From Myxococcota bacterium (lineage in GTDB: Bacteria > Myxococcota_A > UBA9042 > PHBI01 > JAWLBL01): a stretch of 64,000 bases of DNA. Below the pieces are notes generated by a model. The model searched no databases. It worked only from the letters and a program-made list of their open reading frames with translations, and had not been told where the DNA came from. The DNA is taken from positions 140,589 through 204,588 of the forward strand of contig JAWLBL010000015.1 in the NCBI GenBank assembly GCA_041687695.1. Reading direction: 5' to 3'. Below are positions 1-9,293 of this stretch, piece after piece. Every line of letters begins with the position of its first letter. Within the stretch, counting starts at the first letter, position 1. A program made the position numbers and the translations under genes.

Positions 1-37
1 CCCTGGAGCCCGAGCCGCCGGGGGCGGGGCGCGCCTC

Positions 38-2092
38 GTGAGCGGGCGCGCGTCCAGGAGGGGCCCCGACGGCGGCGGGCGGCGGCCGGTCGCGGTCACG
101 GCGGGCCACGCTCGGCACCTGCTTCGGCAGATGCTGCGCATCCGGCGCTTCGAGGAGCGCTGCGCCGAGGCCTACGCCGGCGAGCACATCCGGGGCTTTT
201 TGCACCTGTACAACGGCCAGGAGGCCATCGCCGTCGGGGCTGTCGGCGCGCTCGAGCCCGAGGACCCCCTCTTCGCCACCTACCGCGAGCACGGCCACGC
301 CCTGGCCCGCGGCGTGCCGATGGGGCCGCTGATGGCCGAGATGTTCGGCAAGGCCGAGGGCGTCTGCCGCGGCCGCGGCGGGTCGATGCACCTGTTCGAC
401 CTGTCGCGCGCCTTCTTCGGCGGCAACGCCATCGTCGGCGGGCACCTGCCGCTGGCGGTGGGCGCGGCGCTGGCCGATCGGCGGCTGGGGCGGCCGCGGG
501 TGACCGCCTGCTTCTTCGGCGAGGGCGCCGTCGAGGAGGGCGAGTTCCACGAGGCGATGAACCTGGCGGCGCTGTGGGGGCTGCCGGTCGTCTTCTGCTG
601 CGAGAACAACCGCTACGCGATGGGCACCCCCCTCGCCGTGGGAGAGGCGCGACGGGACCTGGTCGCCAAGGCGGCGGCCGACGGCGTCCCGGGCGAGGTG
701 GTCGACGGGATGGACGTGCTGGCGGTCGAGGCGGCCATGCGCGGCGCGGTCGCGGCGGCGAGGGGCGGGGACGGGCCGCGCTTTCTGGAGCTGCGGACCT
801 ACCGCTTCGTGGCGCACTCGATGTTCGACGCGCAGCTCTACCGGGACAAGGCCGAGGTGGAGGCCTGGCGCCACCGCGACCCGCTGGTGACGTTCCGGGC
901 GGCGCTCGAGGCCGAGGGGCTCGTGGACCAGGCCGCCTGGGAGGCGATGGAAGGCGAGGTGGCGCGCGAGATCGAGGAGGCCGTCGCCTTCGCCGAGGCC
1001 GGCACCCTGGAGCCCGTCGCCGACCTGACGCGCGACGTGACCACCCCGGTCGAGGGCCGCCCCGCGACGCCGCGCCCGCCGGCGCCTGCCCCCGAGGCCC
1101 CGAGCCGGATGACCTATCGCGAGGCGGTCAAGCAGGCCATCGCCGAGGCTCTGGAGGCCGACCCGCGCGTGGTCCTGATCGGCGAGGACGTCGGCCGCTA
1201 CGGCGGCTGCTACGCCGTCTCCAAGGGCCTGCTCGAGCGCTTCGGCCCCAGCCGCGTGGTCGACGCGCCGCTGTCGGAGGCCGGCTTCGTCGGCGCGGGC
1301 GTCGGCGCGGCGATGACCGGCCTGCGGCCCATCGTCGAGGTGATGACCTGCAACTTCAGCACGCTGGCGATGGACCAGATCCTGAACAATGCCGCGACCT
1401 TGCGCCACATGTCGGGCGGGCAGGTCGGCGTCCCGCTGGTCGTCCGGATGGCCACCGGCGCCGGCCGGCAGCTGGCCGCGCAGCACTCGCACAGCCTCGA
1501 GGGCTGGTTCGCGCACATCCCCGGGCTGCGGGTCGTCGCGCCGGCCACCGTCGAGGACGCGCGCGGCATGCTGTGGACGGCGCTGCACGACCCGGACCCG
1601 GTGCTCATCTTCGAGCACGTCGACCTGTACAACGCCGAGGGCGAGCTGCCGGCGGGCGCCGGCCCGGTGGATCTGGACCGCGCGGTGGTGCGACGCTCCG
1701 GGCGCGACGTCACCCTGGTCACCTACGGGGGCTCGCTGCGCAAGGCGCTGGCGGCGGCCGAGGCGCTGGCCGGCCAGGGCGTCGAGGCCGAGGTCGTCGA
1801 TCTGCGGACCCTGCGGCCGCTCGACGGCGAGACGGTGCTGGCCTCGGTGGCGCGCACCCGGCGGCTGGTGGTGGTCGACGAGGGCTGGCGTTCGGGCAGC
1901 CTGTCGGCCGAGGTCGTGGCCCGGGTGACCGAGGCGGCCCTCTACGAGCTGGACGCCCCGCCGGCGCGCGTGTGCACCGCCGAGGTACCGCTGCCCTACG
2001 CCAAGCACCTGGAGCAGGCAGCGCTGCCGCAGCCCGAGGCCATCGTCCGGGCCGCGCGGGCGCTGGTGGGCGGGGGGCGCGCGGATGGCTGA
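38..2092 (+). CDS. pdhAB: Pyruvate dehydrogenase E1, fused alpha and beta subunits
   Basis: N-half has E1alpha motifs ([23 protein letters not shown] site GEGA...[12 protein letters not shown]). A Pro-rich linker leads into E1beta motifs ([25 protein letters not shown]). GTG start is uncertain. Confidence 0.9.
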   Translation: MSGRASRRGPDGGGRRPVAVTAGHARHLLRQMLRIRRFEERCAEAYAGEHIRGFLHLYNGQEAIAVGAVGALEPEDPLFATYREHGHALARGVPMGPLMAEMFGKAEGVCRGRGGSMHLFDLSRAFFGGNAIVGGHLPLAVGAALADRRLGRPRVTACFFGEGAVEEGEFHEAMNLAALWGLPVVFCCENNRYAMGTPLAVGEARRDLVAKAAADGVPGEVVDGMDVLAVEAAMRGAVAAARGGDGPRFLELRTYRFVAHSMFDAQLYRDKAEVEAWRHRDPLVTFRAALEAEGLVDQAAWEAMEGEVAREIEEAVAFAEAGTLEPVADLTRDVTTPVEGRPATPRPPAPAPEAPSRMTYREAVKQAIAEALEADPRVVLIGEDVGRYGGCYAVSKGLLERFGPSRVVDAPLSEAGFVGAGVGAAMTGLRPIVEVMTCNFSTLAMDQILNNAATLRHMSGGQVGVPLVVRMATGAGRQLAAQHSHSLEGWFAHIPGLRVVAPATVEDARGMLWTALHDPDPVLIFEHVDLYNAEGELPAGAGPVDLDRAVVRRSGRDVTLVTYGGSLRKALAAAEALAGQGVEAEVVDLRTLRPLDGETVLASVARTRRLVVVDEGWRSGSLSAEVVARVTEAALYELDAPPARVCTAEVPLPYAKHLEQAALPQPEAIVRAARALVGGGRADG

Positions 2093-3332
2093 GCTGCGCA
2101 TGCCGTCGCTGGGCGCCGACATGGAGTCGGCCGAGCTGGTCGCGTGGCAGGTGCGGCCGGGCGACGAGGTGCGCCGCGGCGACATCGTGGCGGTGATCGA
2201 GACCCACAAGGGCGCCATCGACGTCGAGGCCTACGTGTCGGGGCGGGTGGCGCGGCTGCTGGTCGAGCCCGGGGCGCGGGTGCCGGTGGGCGCGCCGATC
2301 GCCGTGCTCGAGGACGGGGCCGGGGCGGCGCCCGAGGTCGAGGCCGAGCCGGCGGCGGCGGCCCAGGCGGTGGCGGTGGCGGAGGTGGAGCCGGTGGCGG
2401 AAGCGGCGGCGGAGCCGGTGGCGGAAGCGGCGGCCGAGCCCGTGGCGGTGGCGGAGGCAGCGCCCCAGGCCGCGCCGAGGCCGGCCGATGGGTGGGTCCG
2501 GGCCTCGCCGGCGGCGCGGGCGCGGGCGCGGTCGCTGGGGATCGCGCTGGAAGACGTGCGCGGCAGCGGCCCGGGCGGCGCGGTGACGCTGGCGGACCTC
2601 GAGGCGGCCCCCTCGCCGACACCGACGACCCCGGCGCCACCGACGCCCGCGACGCGGCCGCGGCCGACGACGGCCGGGTTGCGGCAGGCCATCGCGGCGG
2701 CCATGGCGCGCTCGAACCGCGAGATCCCCCACCTGTACCTGACCCACTCTGTGGATGTCGCCGAGCCGCTGCGCTGGCTCGCGGCCCGCAACGCCCAGCG
2801 GCCGGTCGCCGAGCGCGTCCTGCCGGCGGCCCTGTTCCTGCAGGCCAGCGCGCGGGCGCTGGCGCGTCACCCCGAGCTGAACGGCTACTGGAAGGACGAC
2901 GCCTTCGTCCCGGGCGCCGGCGTCCACCTGGGCGTCGCCGTCTCGCTGCGCGGCGGCGGCGTGGTCATCCCGGCCCTGCGCGACGCCGACCGGCTGGGGC
3001 TCGACGCGCTGATGCAGGGCCTGCGGGATCTGGTGGGCCGCGCGCGGTCGGGGCGGCTGCGCTCGTCCGAGCTGGACTCGGGCACGGCGACGGTGACCAA
3101 CCTGGGCGACACCGGCGTCGAGTCGGTGCTGGGGGTGGTCTACCCTCCGCAGGTCGCGCTCATCGGGTTCGGCCGCGTGGTCGAGCGCCCCTGGGCGGTC
3201 GACGGGATGCTGACCGTGCGCCCCGTGGTCACGGTGTCGCTGGCGGCCGACCACCGCGCCGTCGACGGCCACGCCGGGGCGCGCCTGCTGTCCACCCTCG
3301 AGCAGCTGCTGCGGCAGCCGGAGGCCCCATGA
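2085..3332 (+). CDS. pdhC: Dihydrolipoamide acetyltransferase (E2)
   Basis: Lipoyl domain (MPSLGADM...IETHKG), E3-binding [14 protein letters not shown] segment, catalytic DHRAVDG. Overlaps the E1 stop. Confidence 0.9.
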   Translation: MAELRMPSLGADMESAELVAWQVRPGDEVRRGDIVAVIETHKGAIDVEAYVSGRVARLLVEPGARVPVGAPIAVLEDGAGAAPEVEAEPAAAAQAVAVAEVEPVAEAAAEPVAEAAAEPVAVAEAAPQAAPRPADGWVRASPAARARARSLGIALEDVRGSGPGGAVTLADLEAAPSPTPTTPAPPTPATRPRPTTAGLRQAIAAAMARSNREIPHLYLTHSVDVAEPLRWLAARNAQRPVAERVLPAALFLQASARALARHPELNGYWKDDAFVPGAGVHLGVAVSLRGGGVVIPALRDADRLGLDALMQGLRDLVGRARSGRLRSSELDSGTATVTNLGDTGVESVLGVVYPPQVALIGFGRVVERPWAVDGMLTVRPVVTVSLAADHRAVDGHAGARLLSTLEQLLRQPEAP

Positions 3333-3613
3333 CCGCGTCACCGACGCCGAGCCGCGAGGAGCTGCGCGCCCAGGTGGCCGCCGTGCTGGCCGACATCGCG
3401 CCCGAGGTCGATCTGACCGCCATCCCCGACGAAGCCCCGCTGCGCGAGGCGGCCGACCTGGACTCGATGGACATGCTGAACCTGGTCCTGGGGCTGGCGC
3501 AGCGGCTCGAGGTCGAGATCCCCGAGGCCGACTACGCGCAGGCCGCCACCGTGGGCGGGCTGCTGGACTACCTGGCGCGGGCGCTCGCCGCGCGCCCTGC
3601 CGAAGGAGCGTGA
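3329..3613 (+). CDS. Acyl carrier protein (94 aa)
   Basis: ATGA overlap with the E2 stop. LDSMDML phosphopantetheine serine motif and EIPEADY...TVGGLLDYL. It is the C-terminal part of track ORF 2144..3613. Confidence 0.85.
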   Translation: MTASPTPSREELRAQVAAVLADIAPEVDLTAIPDEAPLREAADLDSMDMLNLVLGLAQRLEVEIPEADYAQAATVGGLLDYLARALAARPAEGA

Positions 3614-3615
3614 AC

Positions 3616-6009
3616 ATGGCCCGTCGAGGCGCGTTGGTGCGATGGTTCGAGGACGTGAGGCGCGACGACGTCGCGTCGGTGGGCGGCAAGAACGCCTCGC
3701 TGGGCGAGATGACGGCGAAGCTGCGCGACGCGGGCATCGCGGTGCCCGGCGGGTTCGCGACGACGGCCGCGGCCTACCGGCAGGTGCTGCGCGAGGCGGG
3801 GCTCGACGACGCGATGCGCGAGCAGCTGGAAGCGCTGGAGCGCGACCCGGAGGCGTTGCCGAAGGTGGGCGCGGCGCTGCGGAAGCTGGTTGGCGATGCG
3901 CCGCTGCCCAAGGCGCTGGAGCGTGAAATCCGCGAGGCCTACGCGGAGCTGTCGCGGCGGTACGAGGTCGAGGCGGCGGACGTGGCCGTGCGAAGCAGCG
4001 CGACCGCCGAGGACCTGCCCGAGGCCAGCTTCGCCGGGCAGCAGGAGACCTTCTTGAACGTGCGCGGGGCGGACGCCGTGCTGGCGGCGGTGCGGCGCTG
4101 CATGGCCTCGCTGTTCACCGACCGCGCCATCGCCTACCGGGACCGGCACGGCTTCGACCACCTGTCGGTCGCGCTGTCGGTGGGCGTGCAGAAGATGGTG
4201 CGCTCGGACAAGGCCGGGGCGGGCGTCGCCTTCACGCTGGACCCCGAGACGGGCTTTCCGCGGGTGGTCGTCATCAACGCGGCGTTCGGGCTGGGCGAGA
4301 GCGTGGTGTCGGGCCAGGTCGACCCGGACCAGTACGTGGTGTTCCGGCCCTTGCTGGGGCAGGCGCGGCCCATCGTCGACAAGCGGCGCGGGGGCAAGGA
4401 GATCCGCGTCGACTACGGAGAAGGCGGCGAGGGCCGCGAGACGGTGACGCGGGAGGTGCCCGAGGGCGAGCGGCTGCGGTGGGTGCTGAGCGACGACGAG
4501 ATCCTGACGCTGGCGACGTGGTGCGAGCGCATCGAGGCGCACTACGGGCGGCCGATGGACATCGAGTGGGCCAAGGACGGCGAGTCGGGCGAGCTGTTCA
4601 TCGTGCAGGCGCGGCCCGAGACGGTGCAGCGCGGGCGCAACCCGACGTCGCTGGAGAGCTTTCGCCTCGAGGGCGAGGGCGAGCGCCTGGTGACGGGGCT
4701 GGCCATCGGGCAGGGCATCGCGGCCGGGCCGGTGTGCGTGCTGGGCAGCGCGGCCGAGGGCGCGGCCTTCCCGGAGGGGGGCGTGCTGGTGACGGCGATG
4801 ACCGACCCGGACTGGGTGCCGGTGATGCGGCGGGCGGCGGCCATCGTGACCGACCACGGCGGGCGGACCTCGCACGCGGCCATCGTCAGCCGCGAGCTGG
4901 GCGTGCCGGCGGTCATCGGGGCGGGCGACGCCACGGCGACGCTGCGGTCGGGCGACGAGGTGACGGTCAGCTGCGCCGAGGGTGACGCCGGGTACGTGTA
5001 CCGGGGGCGGCTCGCGTGGCGGCAGGAGGCCATCTCGCTCGAGGACCTGCCCGAGACGCGGACGCGGCTGATGATGAACCTGGCGACGCCGGACGCGGCC
5101 TTCCGCTGGTGGCGGCTGCCGGCGCGCGGGGTGGGGCTCGCGCGCATGGAGTTCATCCTGAGCGACGCCATCCGGGTGCATCCGATGGCGCTGCTGCGCC
5201 CCGAGCAGGTCGAGGACGCGGCGGCGCGGCGCGAGATCGAGGCGCTGACGGCCGGCTACGAGGACAAGGCCGAGTACTTCGTCGAGCGGCTGGCCTTCGG
5301 CATCGCGCGCATCGCGGCGGCGCTGCACCCCGAGCCGGTGGTGGTGCGGACGAGCGACTTCAAGACCAACGAGTACGCCCAGCTGCTGGGCGGGCGGGCG
5401 TTCGAGCCGCGCGAGGAGAACCCGATGTTGGGGTTCCGCGGGGCGTCCCGCTACTACAGCCCGCGTTATCGCGACGCGTTCGCGCTGGAGTGCCGGGCGC
5501 TGCGACGGGTGCGCGAGGAGATGGGACTGGCGAACGTGGTCGTGATGATCCCCTTCTGCCGCACGCTCGAGGAGGCGGATCGGGTGCTGGAGATCATGGC
5601 CGAGCAGGGCCTGCGGCGGGGTGAGCGGGGGCTCGAGGTCTTTGTCATGGCCGAGATCCCCAGCAACATCCTGCTGACCGAGGGCTTCGCCGAGCGCTTC
5701 GACGGCTTCTCCATCGGCTCGAACGATCTGACGCAGCTGACGCTGGGTGTCGACCGCGACTCGGCCGAGCTGAAGCACGTCTTCGACGAGCGCAACCCGG
5801 CGGTCAAGGCGCTGGTGGCCGACCTCATCCGGCGGGCGCACGCGGCCGGGCGCAAGGTCGGCATCTGCGGGCAGGCGCCCAGCGATTATCCGGACTTCGC
5901 GGCCTTCCTGGTCGAGGAGGGCATCGACTCGATCTCGCTCAACCCGGACAGCCTCGTGCGCACGCTGCACACGGTCGCCGAGGCCGAGGCGCGGCTGAAG
6001 CCGTCCTGA
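3616..6009 (+). CDS. ppsA: Phosphoenolpyruvate synthase
   Basis: VGGKNASLGEM, VAVRSSATAEDLPEASFAGQQET, GGRTSHAAI (phospho-His), DFKTNEY, FSIGSNDLTQ, ICGQAPSD. AAGGAG lies upstream of ATG 3616; an alternative GTG is at 3610. Confidence 0.95.
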   Translation: MARRGALVRWFEDVRRDDVASVGGKNASLGEMTAKLRDAGIAVPGGFATTAAAYRQVLREAGLDDAMREQLEALERDPEALPKVGAALRKLVGDAPLPKALEREIREAYAELSRRYEVEAADVAVRSSATAEDLPEASFAGQQETFLNVRGADAVLAAVRRCMASLFTDRAIAYRDRHGFDHLSVALSVGVQKMVRSDKAGAGVAFTLDPETGFPRVVVINAAFGLGESVVSGQVDPDQYVVFRPLLGQARPIVDKRRGGKEIRVDYGEGGEGRETVTREVPEGERLRWVLSDDEILTLATWCERIEAHYGRPMDIEWAKDGESGELFIVQARPETVQRGRNPTSLESFRLEGEGERLVTGLAIGQGIAAGPVCVLGSAAEGAAFPEGGVLVTAMTDPDWVPVMRRAAAIVTDHGGRTSHAAIVSRELGVPAVIGAGDATATLRSGDEVTVSCAEGDAGYVYRGRLAWRQEAISLEDLPETRTRLMMNLATPDAAFRWWRLPARGVGLARMEFILSDAIRVHPMALLRPEQVEDAAARREIEALTAGYEDKAEYFVERLAFGIARIAAALHPEPVVVRTSDFKTNEYAQLLGGRAFEPREENPMLGFRGASRYYSPRYRDAFALECRALRRVREEMGLANVVVMIPFCRTLEEADRVLEIMAEQGLRRGERGLEVFVMAEIPSNILLTEGFAERFDGFSIGSNDLTQLTLGVDRDSAELKHVFDERNPAVKALVADLIRRAHAAGRKVGICGQAPSDYPDFAAFLVEEGIDSISLNPDSLVRTLHTVAEAEARLKPS

Positions 6010-6024
6010 GCGCGCGCGCGGCGG

Positions 6025-7137
6025 TCAGCCCAGGCGGGTCAGCGCGTCGGGGAAGAGCAGCAGGACCAGGCCCAGCGCGGCGATGACGGCGCCGCTGACC
6101 AGCTTGAGGAGGCGGCCGCCGCGCTCTTGCAGCTTTCGCTTGGACAGGGTGACGACCGCGATGATCAGCATCACCGAGTCGTCCAGGACGTAGGCCAGGT
6201 TGTAGAGCGCGAGGTAGCCGTAATAGGACCAGGCGGGCTGGTCGTAGGTGGTCAGGATCTGGGTGTACAGGGCCGGGAAGCCGGCGGTGCAGAGCAGCTC
6301 GACCACGTTGACGAGCCCGGAGAGGACGGCGACCGCGGCGAGGGCGGCCGGCAGGTTCTCGGCGCGCAGGATGCGGCGCACCTGGCGGTACAGGGCCGGC
6401 TTGGCGCGCGCGGGGATGGACAGGCTGGGGCCGCGGCCGAAGGCGAAGAAGTCCTTGATGTTGATGGCGCCCATGGTGAGGGCGACGAGGCCGAGCGCGA
6501 CCTGCAGGGCGCGTGAGTAGCCGACGAGGAGGAAGATCTCGAGCCAGGCGGCCATGAAGGCGAAGTAGAGCAGGCCGCCGACCAGGACGAAGGTGCCGCC
6601 GACGAGGGCCATGCGGCGGCGGTCGTGCAGGTTGACGAGGAGGCTCAGGAGGTAGAGCAGCGCCCACATGGCGCAGGGGTTGAAGCCGTCGAGCAGGCCG
6701 AGGACGACGGTGAACAGGGGCAGGCCGAGGTCGTCGACGTCGACCGGGCCGACCAGGGGCAGGTCGACGCGGCGGGGCGGGGCGCGGGCGGGGGCGGAGG
6801 CGAGGCCGAGCAGGGCGCGGAGGCGGGGGCCGCTGGTGGCGGGGGTGTCGAAGCCGACGAGGAGGCGGTCGCCGGCGACGAAGGTGGGGACGCCGGCGGG
6901 CGAGGCGCCGTGGGCGTCGGAGAGGGCGCGGAGGCGGGCGAGGGCGGCCGGGTCGGCGACGACGTCGTGGTAGACGATGGTGAGGTCGGGGTGCTGGCGG
7001 TGGAGGTCGGCGAGGTAGGCCTCGGCGTCGGCGCAGTGGGGGCAGCCGGGGCGGACGAAGACCTCGAGGTCGGGCGGTGGCGCGGCGGGGAGGGCCGCGA
7101 GGAGCCACAGCGCGAGGGCGGCGAGGGAGGGGGGCAT
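6025..7137 (-). CDS. Signal peptide + glutaredoxin-like (CPHC) domain fused to a CcdA/DsbD-like membrane domain
   Basis: Signal peptide, FVRPGCPHC and GVPT, then about 6 TM helices carrying DGFNPC and ELLCT cysteines. Confidence 0.75.
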   Translation of the reverse strand: MPPSLAALALWLLAALPAAPPPDLEVFVRPGCPHCADAEAYLADLHRQHPDLTIVYHDVVADPAALARLRALSDAHGASPAGVPTFVAGDRLLVGFDTPATSGPRLRALLGLASAPARAPPRRVDLPLVGPVDVDDLGLPLFTVVLGLLDGFNPCAMWALLYLLSLLVNLHDRRRMALVGGTFVLVGGLLYFAFMAAWLEIFLLVGYSRALQVALGLVALTMGAINIKDFFAFGRGPSLSIPARAKPALYRQVRRILRAENLPAALAAVAVLSGLVNVVELLCTAGFPALYTQILTTYDQPAWSYYGYLALYNLAYVLDDSVMLIIAVVTLSKRKLQERGGRLLKLVSGAVIAALGLVLLLFPDALTRLG

Positions 7138-7222
7138 GGGCCGAGAGCGTGGCCTGCCCGGACCGAGGGGGGAACGCCGCGGCCCGATTCGTGGGGCCGC
7201 GGCCGGGGGGCAGCGGTTGGGT

Positions 7223-8419
7223 TCAGCCGGGCGCGCCGTCGGGGCGGGGCGTGGTGAGGATGCGCCAGTAGACGCCGACGAAGAGGGCGAAGGCGGCGGC
7301 CCAGAGGGTGCCGGAGGCCATGAGGGCCTGCGGGTAGTGGGCGGGGGAGGCGAGGGGGATGACGACGCGGGCGAGGGCGGCGGCGGTGAGCAGGACGTAG
7401 CCGGCGACGGTGACTCGCGAGACGACGAGGGGGCGGCCGGTGTGGCCGAGGGAGACGCGGGACATCATGCCGAGGATGAGGGTGCCGAGGGCGCCGACGG
7501 TCAGGGCGTGCAGGGGGGCGGTGCCGCCGAGGGCGGGGACCCAGGGGGACAGGCCGAGCATCAGGAGGCCGAGGCCGATCCAGAGGTAGCCGAGGTGGAG
7601 GACCCAGAGGATGGGGCGGGTCAGGGTGGCGGTCGGGTTCCAGCCGGCGAGGCGGGCCAGGTTGGCGACGGCGGCGGCCAGGGCGAGCGGGGCGGCGATG
7701 GCGTGCAGGCCGAAGAGGTGGACCGGGACGAGGGCGAGGGTCAGGCCGAAGGCGGACCAGTCGAGCCAGGGACGGCTGACGACGTTGGCCTCCTTGACGG
7801 CGTTGCGGGTGAAGAAGGGGATGACGCGGCCGCCGACCAGGACCAGGAAGACGACCAGGACGTCGACGCCGGCGGTCAGGGCGGCGCGGGGCAGGGCGCC
7901 GCCGCCGGCGTGGAAGGCCAGGTTGATGAGGCCCAGGACCAGCAGCAGGAGCGGGATGCCGTAGTTGCGCTTATTGCGTGAGCGCCAGATGGGGCGGGCG
8001 ATGGCCAGGGCGACGGCCGGCAGGAAGGCGACGTCGATGGCGGCGACCAGGCCGGCCGGCCAGTCCCCGCCGATCAGCATCGCGACCCGGCCGGCGACGA
8101 AGAGCAGGACCAGCGCGGCGAGCGAGGCCCCCGAGGGCGTCGGCTGCTTGGTCCAGTTCTTCACGGCGGTCAGCAGGAACCCGGCGATGACGGCGACGGC
8201 GAAGCCGAAGATCATCTCGTGCGCGTGCCAGGCGGTCGGATCGACCGCGAGCGGCAGCGTGGTCCCGCTGAACAGGACGTGCAGCCACAGGGGCAGCCAC
8301 ACGGCGGCCAGCAGCCCGGCGAGCAGGAAGAAGGGCCGGAAGCCCAGGGCGAGCACCGGATGGGCGAAGATCCCTCTCGGCGCGTCCTCGGCGGGGGTCA
8401 TGTAGCGTTCGATCCGCAT
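7223..8419 (-). CDS. nnrS: NnrS family heme-copper membrane protein (NO stress)
   Basis: LGFRPFFL, WHAHEMIFGF, GFLLTAVKNWT, GGRVIPFFT, LHLGYLW, HALTVG, RVSLGHTGR. Confidence 0.92.
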   Translation of the reverse strand: MRIERYMTPAEDAPRGIFAHPVLALGFRPFFLLAGLLAAVWLPLWLHVLFSGTTLPLAVDPTAWHAHEMIFGFAVAVIAGFLLTAVKNWTKQPTPSGASLAALVLLFVAGRVAMLIGGDWPAGLVAAIDVAFLPAVALAIARPIWRSRNKRNYGIPLLLLVLGLINLAFHAGGGALPRAALTAGVDVLVVFLVLVGGRVIPFFTRNAVKEANVVSRPWLDWSAFGLTLALVPVHLFGLHAIAAPLALAAAVANLARLAGWNPTATLTRPILWVLHLGYLWIGLGLLMLGLSPWVPALGGTAPLHALTVGALGTLILGMMSRVSLGHTGRPLVVSRVTVAGYVLLTAAALARVVIPLASPAHYPQALMASGTLWAAAFALFVGVYWRILTTPRPDGAPG

Positions 8420-8503
8420 GCGTCCTCCCGACGCGCGACCCCGTCCGCGAGGCCGCCTTCGGCCTGGATGATGGGAACGACTTGCCGATTAGGCAATGTC
8501 GGA
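8164..8503. repeat. 340-bp direct repeat, copy 1 (5' part of nnrS plus upstream region)
   Basis: Reads identical to 11112..11451 (offset 2948 bp). Confidence 0.95.
8482..8496. promoter_or_regulatory. Palindrome TTGCC-N5-GGCAA upstream of nnrS, candidate regulator site
   Basis: Perfect 5-bp inverted repeat about 63 bp upstream of the nnrS ATG, duplicated at 11430..11444. One base longer than the canonical 14-bp FNR/NnrR box. Confidence 0.4.
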
Positions 8504-8550
8504 CTCGAAGGTCCGATAAAAAAGCCCCGACCGGGCGCCGTGCTCTCCAG

Positions 8551-9024
8551 ACGGAGCCCGGAACCTTCATCGTGACGGCGTAAGTACTTCGACTCGCGCG
8601 CCAACCGCCCGACGAGGCCAAAACCACCATCACCCTCCCGGCCCAGGTCTCCCACCTCTCCCCCGCCGCCTTCGCCGACCTCCTCACCCGCCGCGTCGCC
8701 GTCGCCGAGGCCGATCTCCAGCGCCGGTTCGCCAACGAAGGCCGCCGCTTCCTCGGCCTCGACAAGGTCCTCCGCACCAAGCGCCACTCCCAGCCCACCT
8801 CCTGGGAGAAGCGTCGCGGCATCAACCCGACCCTCGCCTGCCGCGACCCCGAGGCCCGCTGCCTCCAGCTCGCCGCCGACAAGCCTTGGCAGGACGCCTA
8901 CGCCGCAGCCCTCACCGACTGGCGCCAGGGCGACCGCGACACCCTCTTCCCCGCCCACACCAGGAAGTTGGCCCGCCTGCACGGCGCCCGCACCGCGCCG
9001 CCCCTGAGCGCCCGCGCCGCCTGA
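8551..9024 (+). pseudogene. Remnant of a RAYT/Y1-type transposase (internally deleted)
   Basis: In one frame: TEPGTFIVTA, a TAA stop at 8581, then about 140 codons (EGRRFLGLDKVLR...RRGINPTLACRD...AYAAALTDWRQGDRDTLFPAHT). These resemble the C-terminal extension I recall from long myxobacterial Y1 transposases. No start codon and no HUH motif. Confidence 0.6.
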
Positions 9025-9293
9025 GCGCGGCCCCCCGGGGACCCAGCGCCGCCCACCCTATCCCCCTTCCAGGGCGTCCGTCCCCCGGTCGCACCGCACC
9101 CGTCCGCCCAGCGCCCCACTTTCAGCCCTCAGCCGCCGCCTTCGTACCCCGCAACCAGCCCGTTCACCGCTCCCCGCCCCCGATTTCCTCCCCGCCAGCC
9201 CCCAAGTCGGCCGGCCCCCAAGACCCGACCCTTGGTGCGGCATCTTGGCCCGTCACGAGCTGACGCAGAGAGACCAGGCCCACGCGCGCTCCC

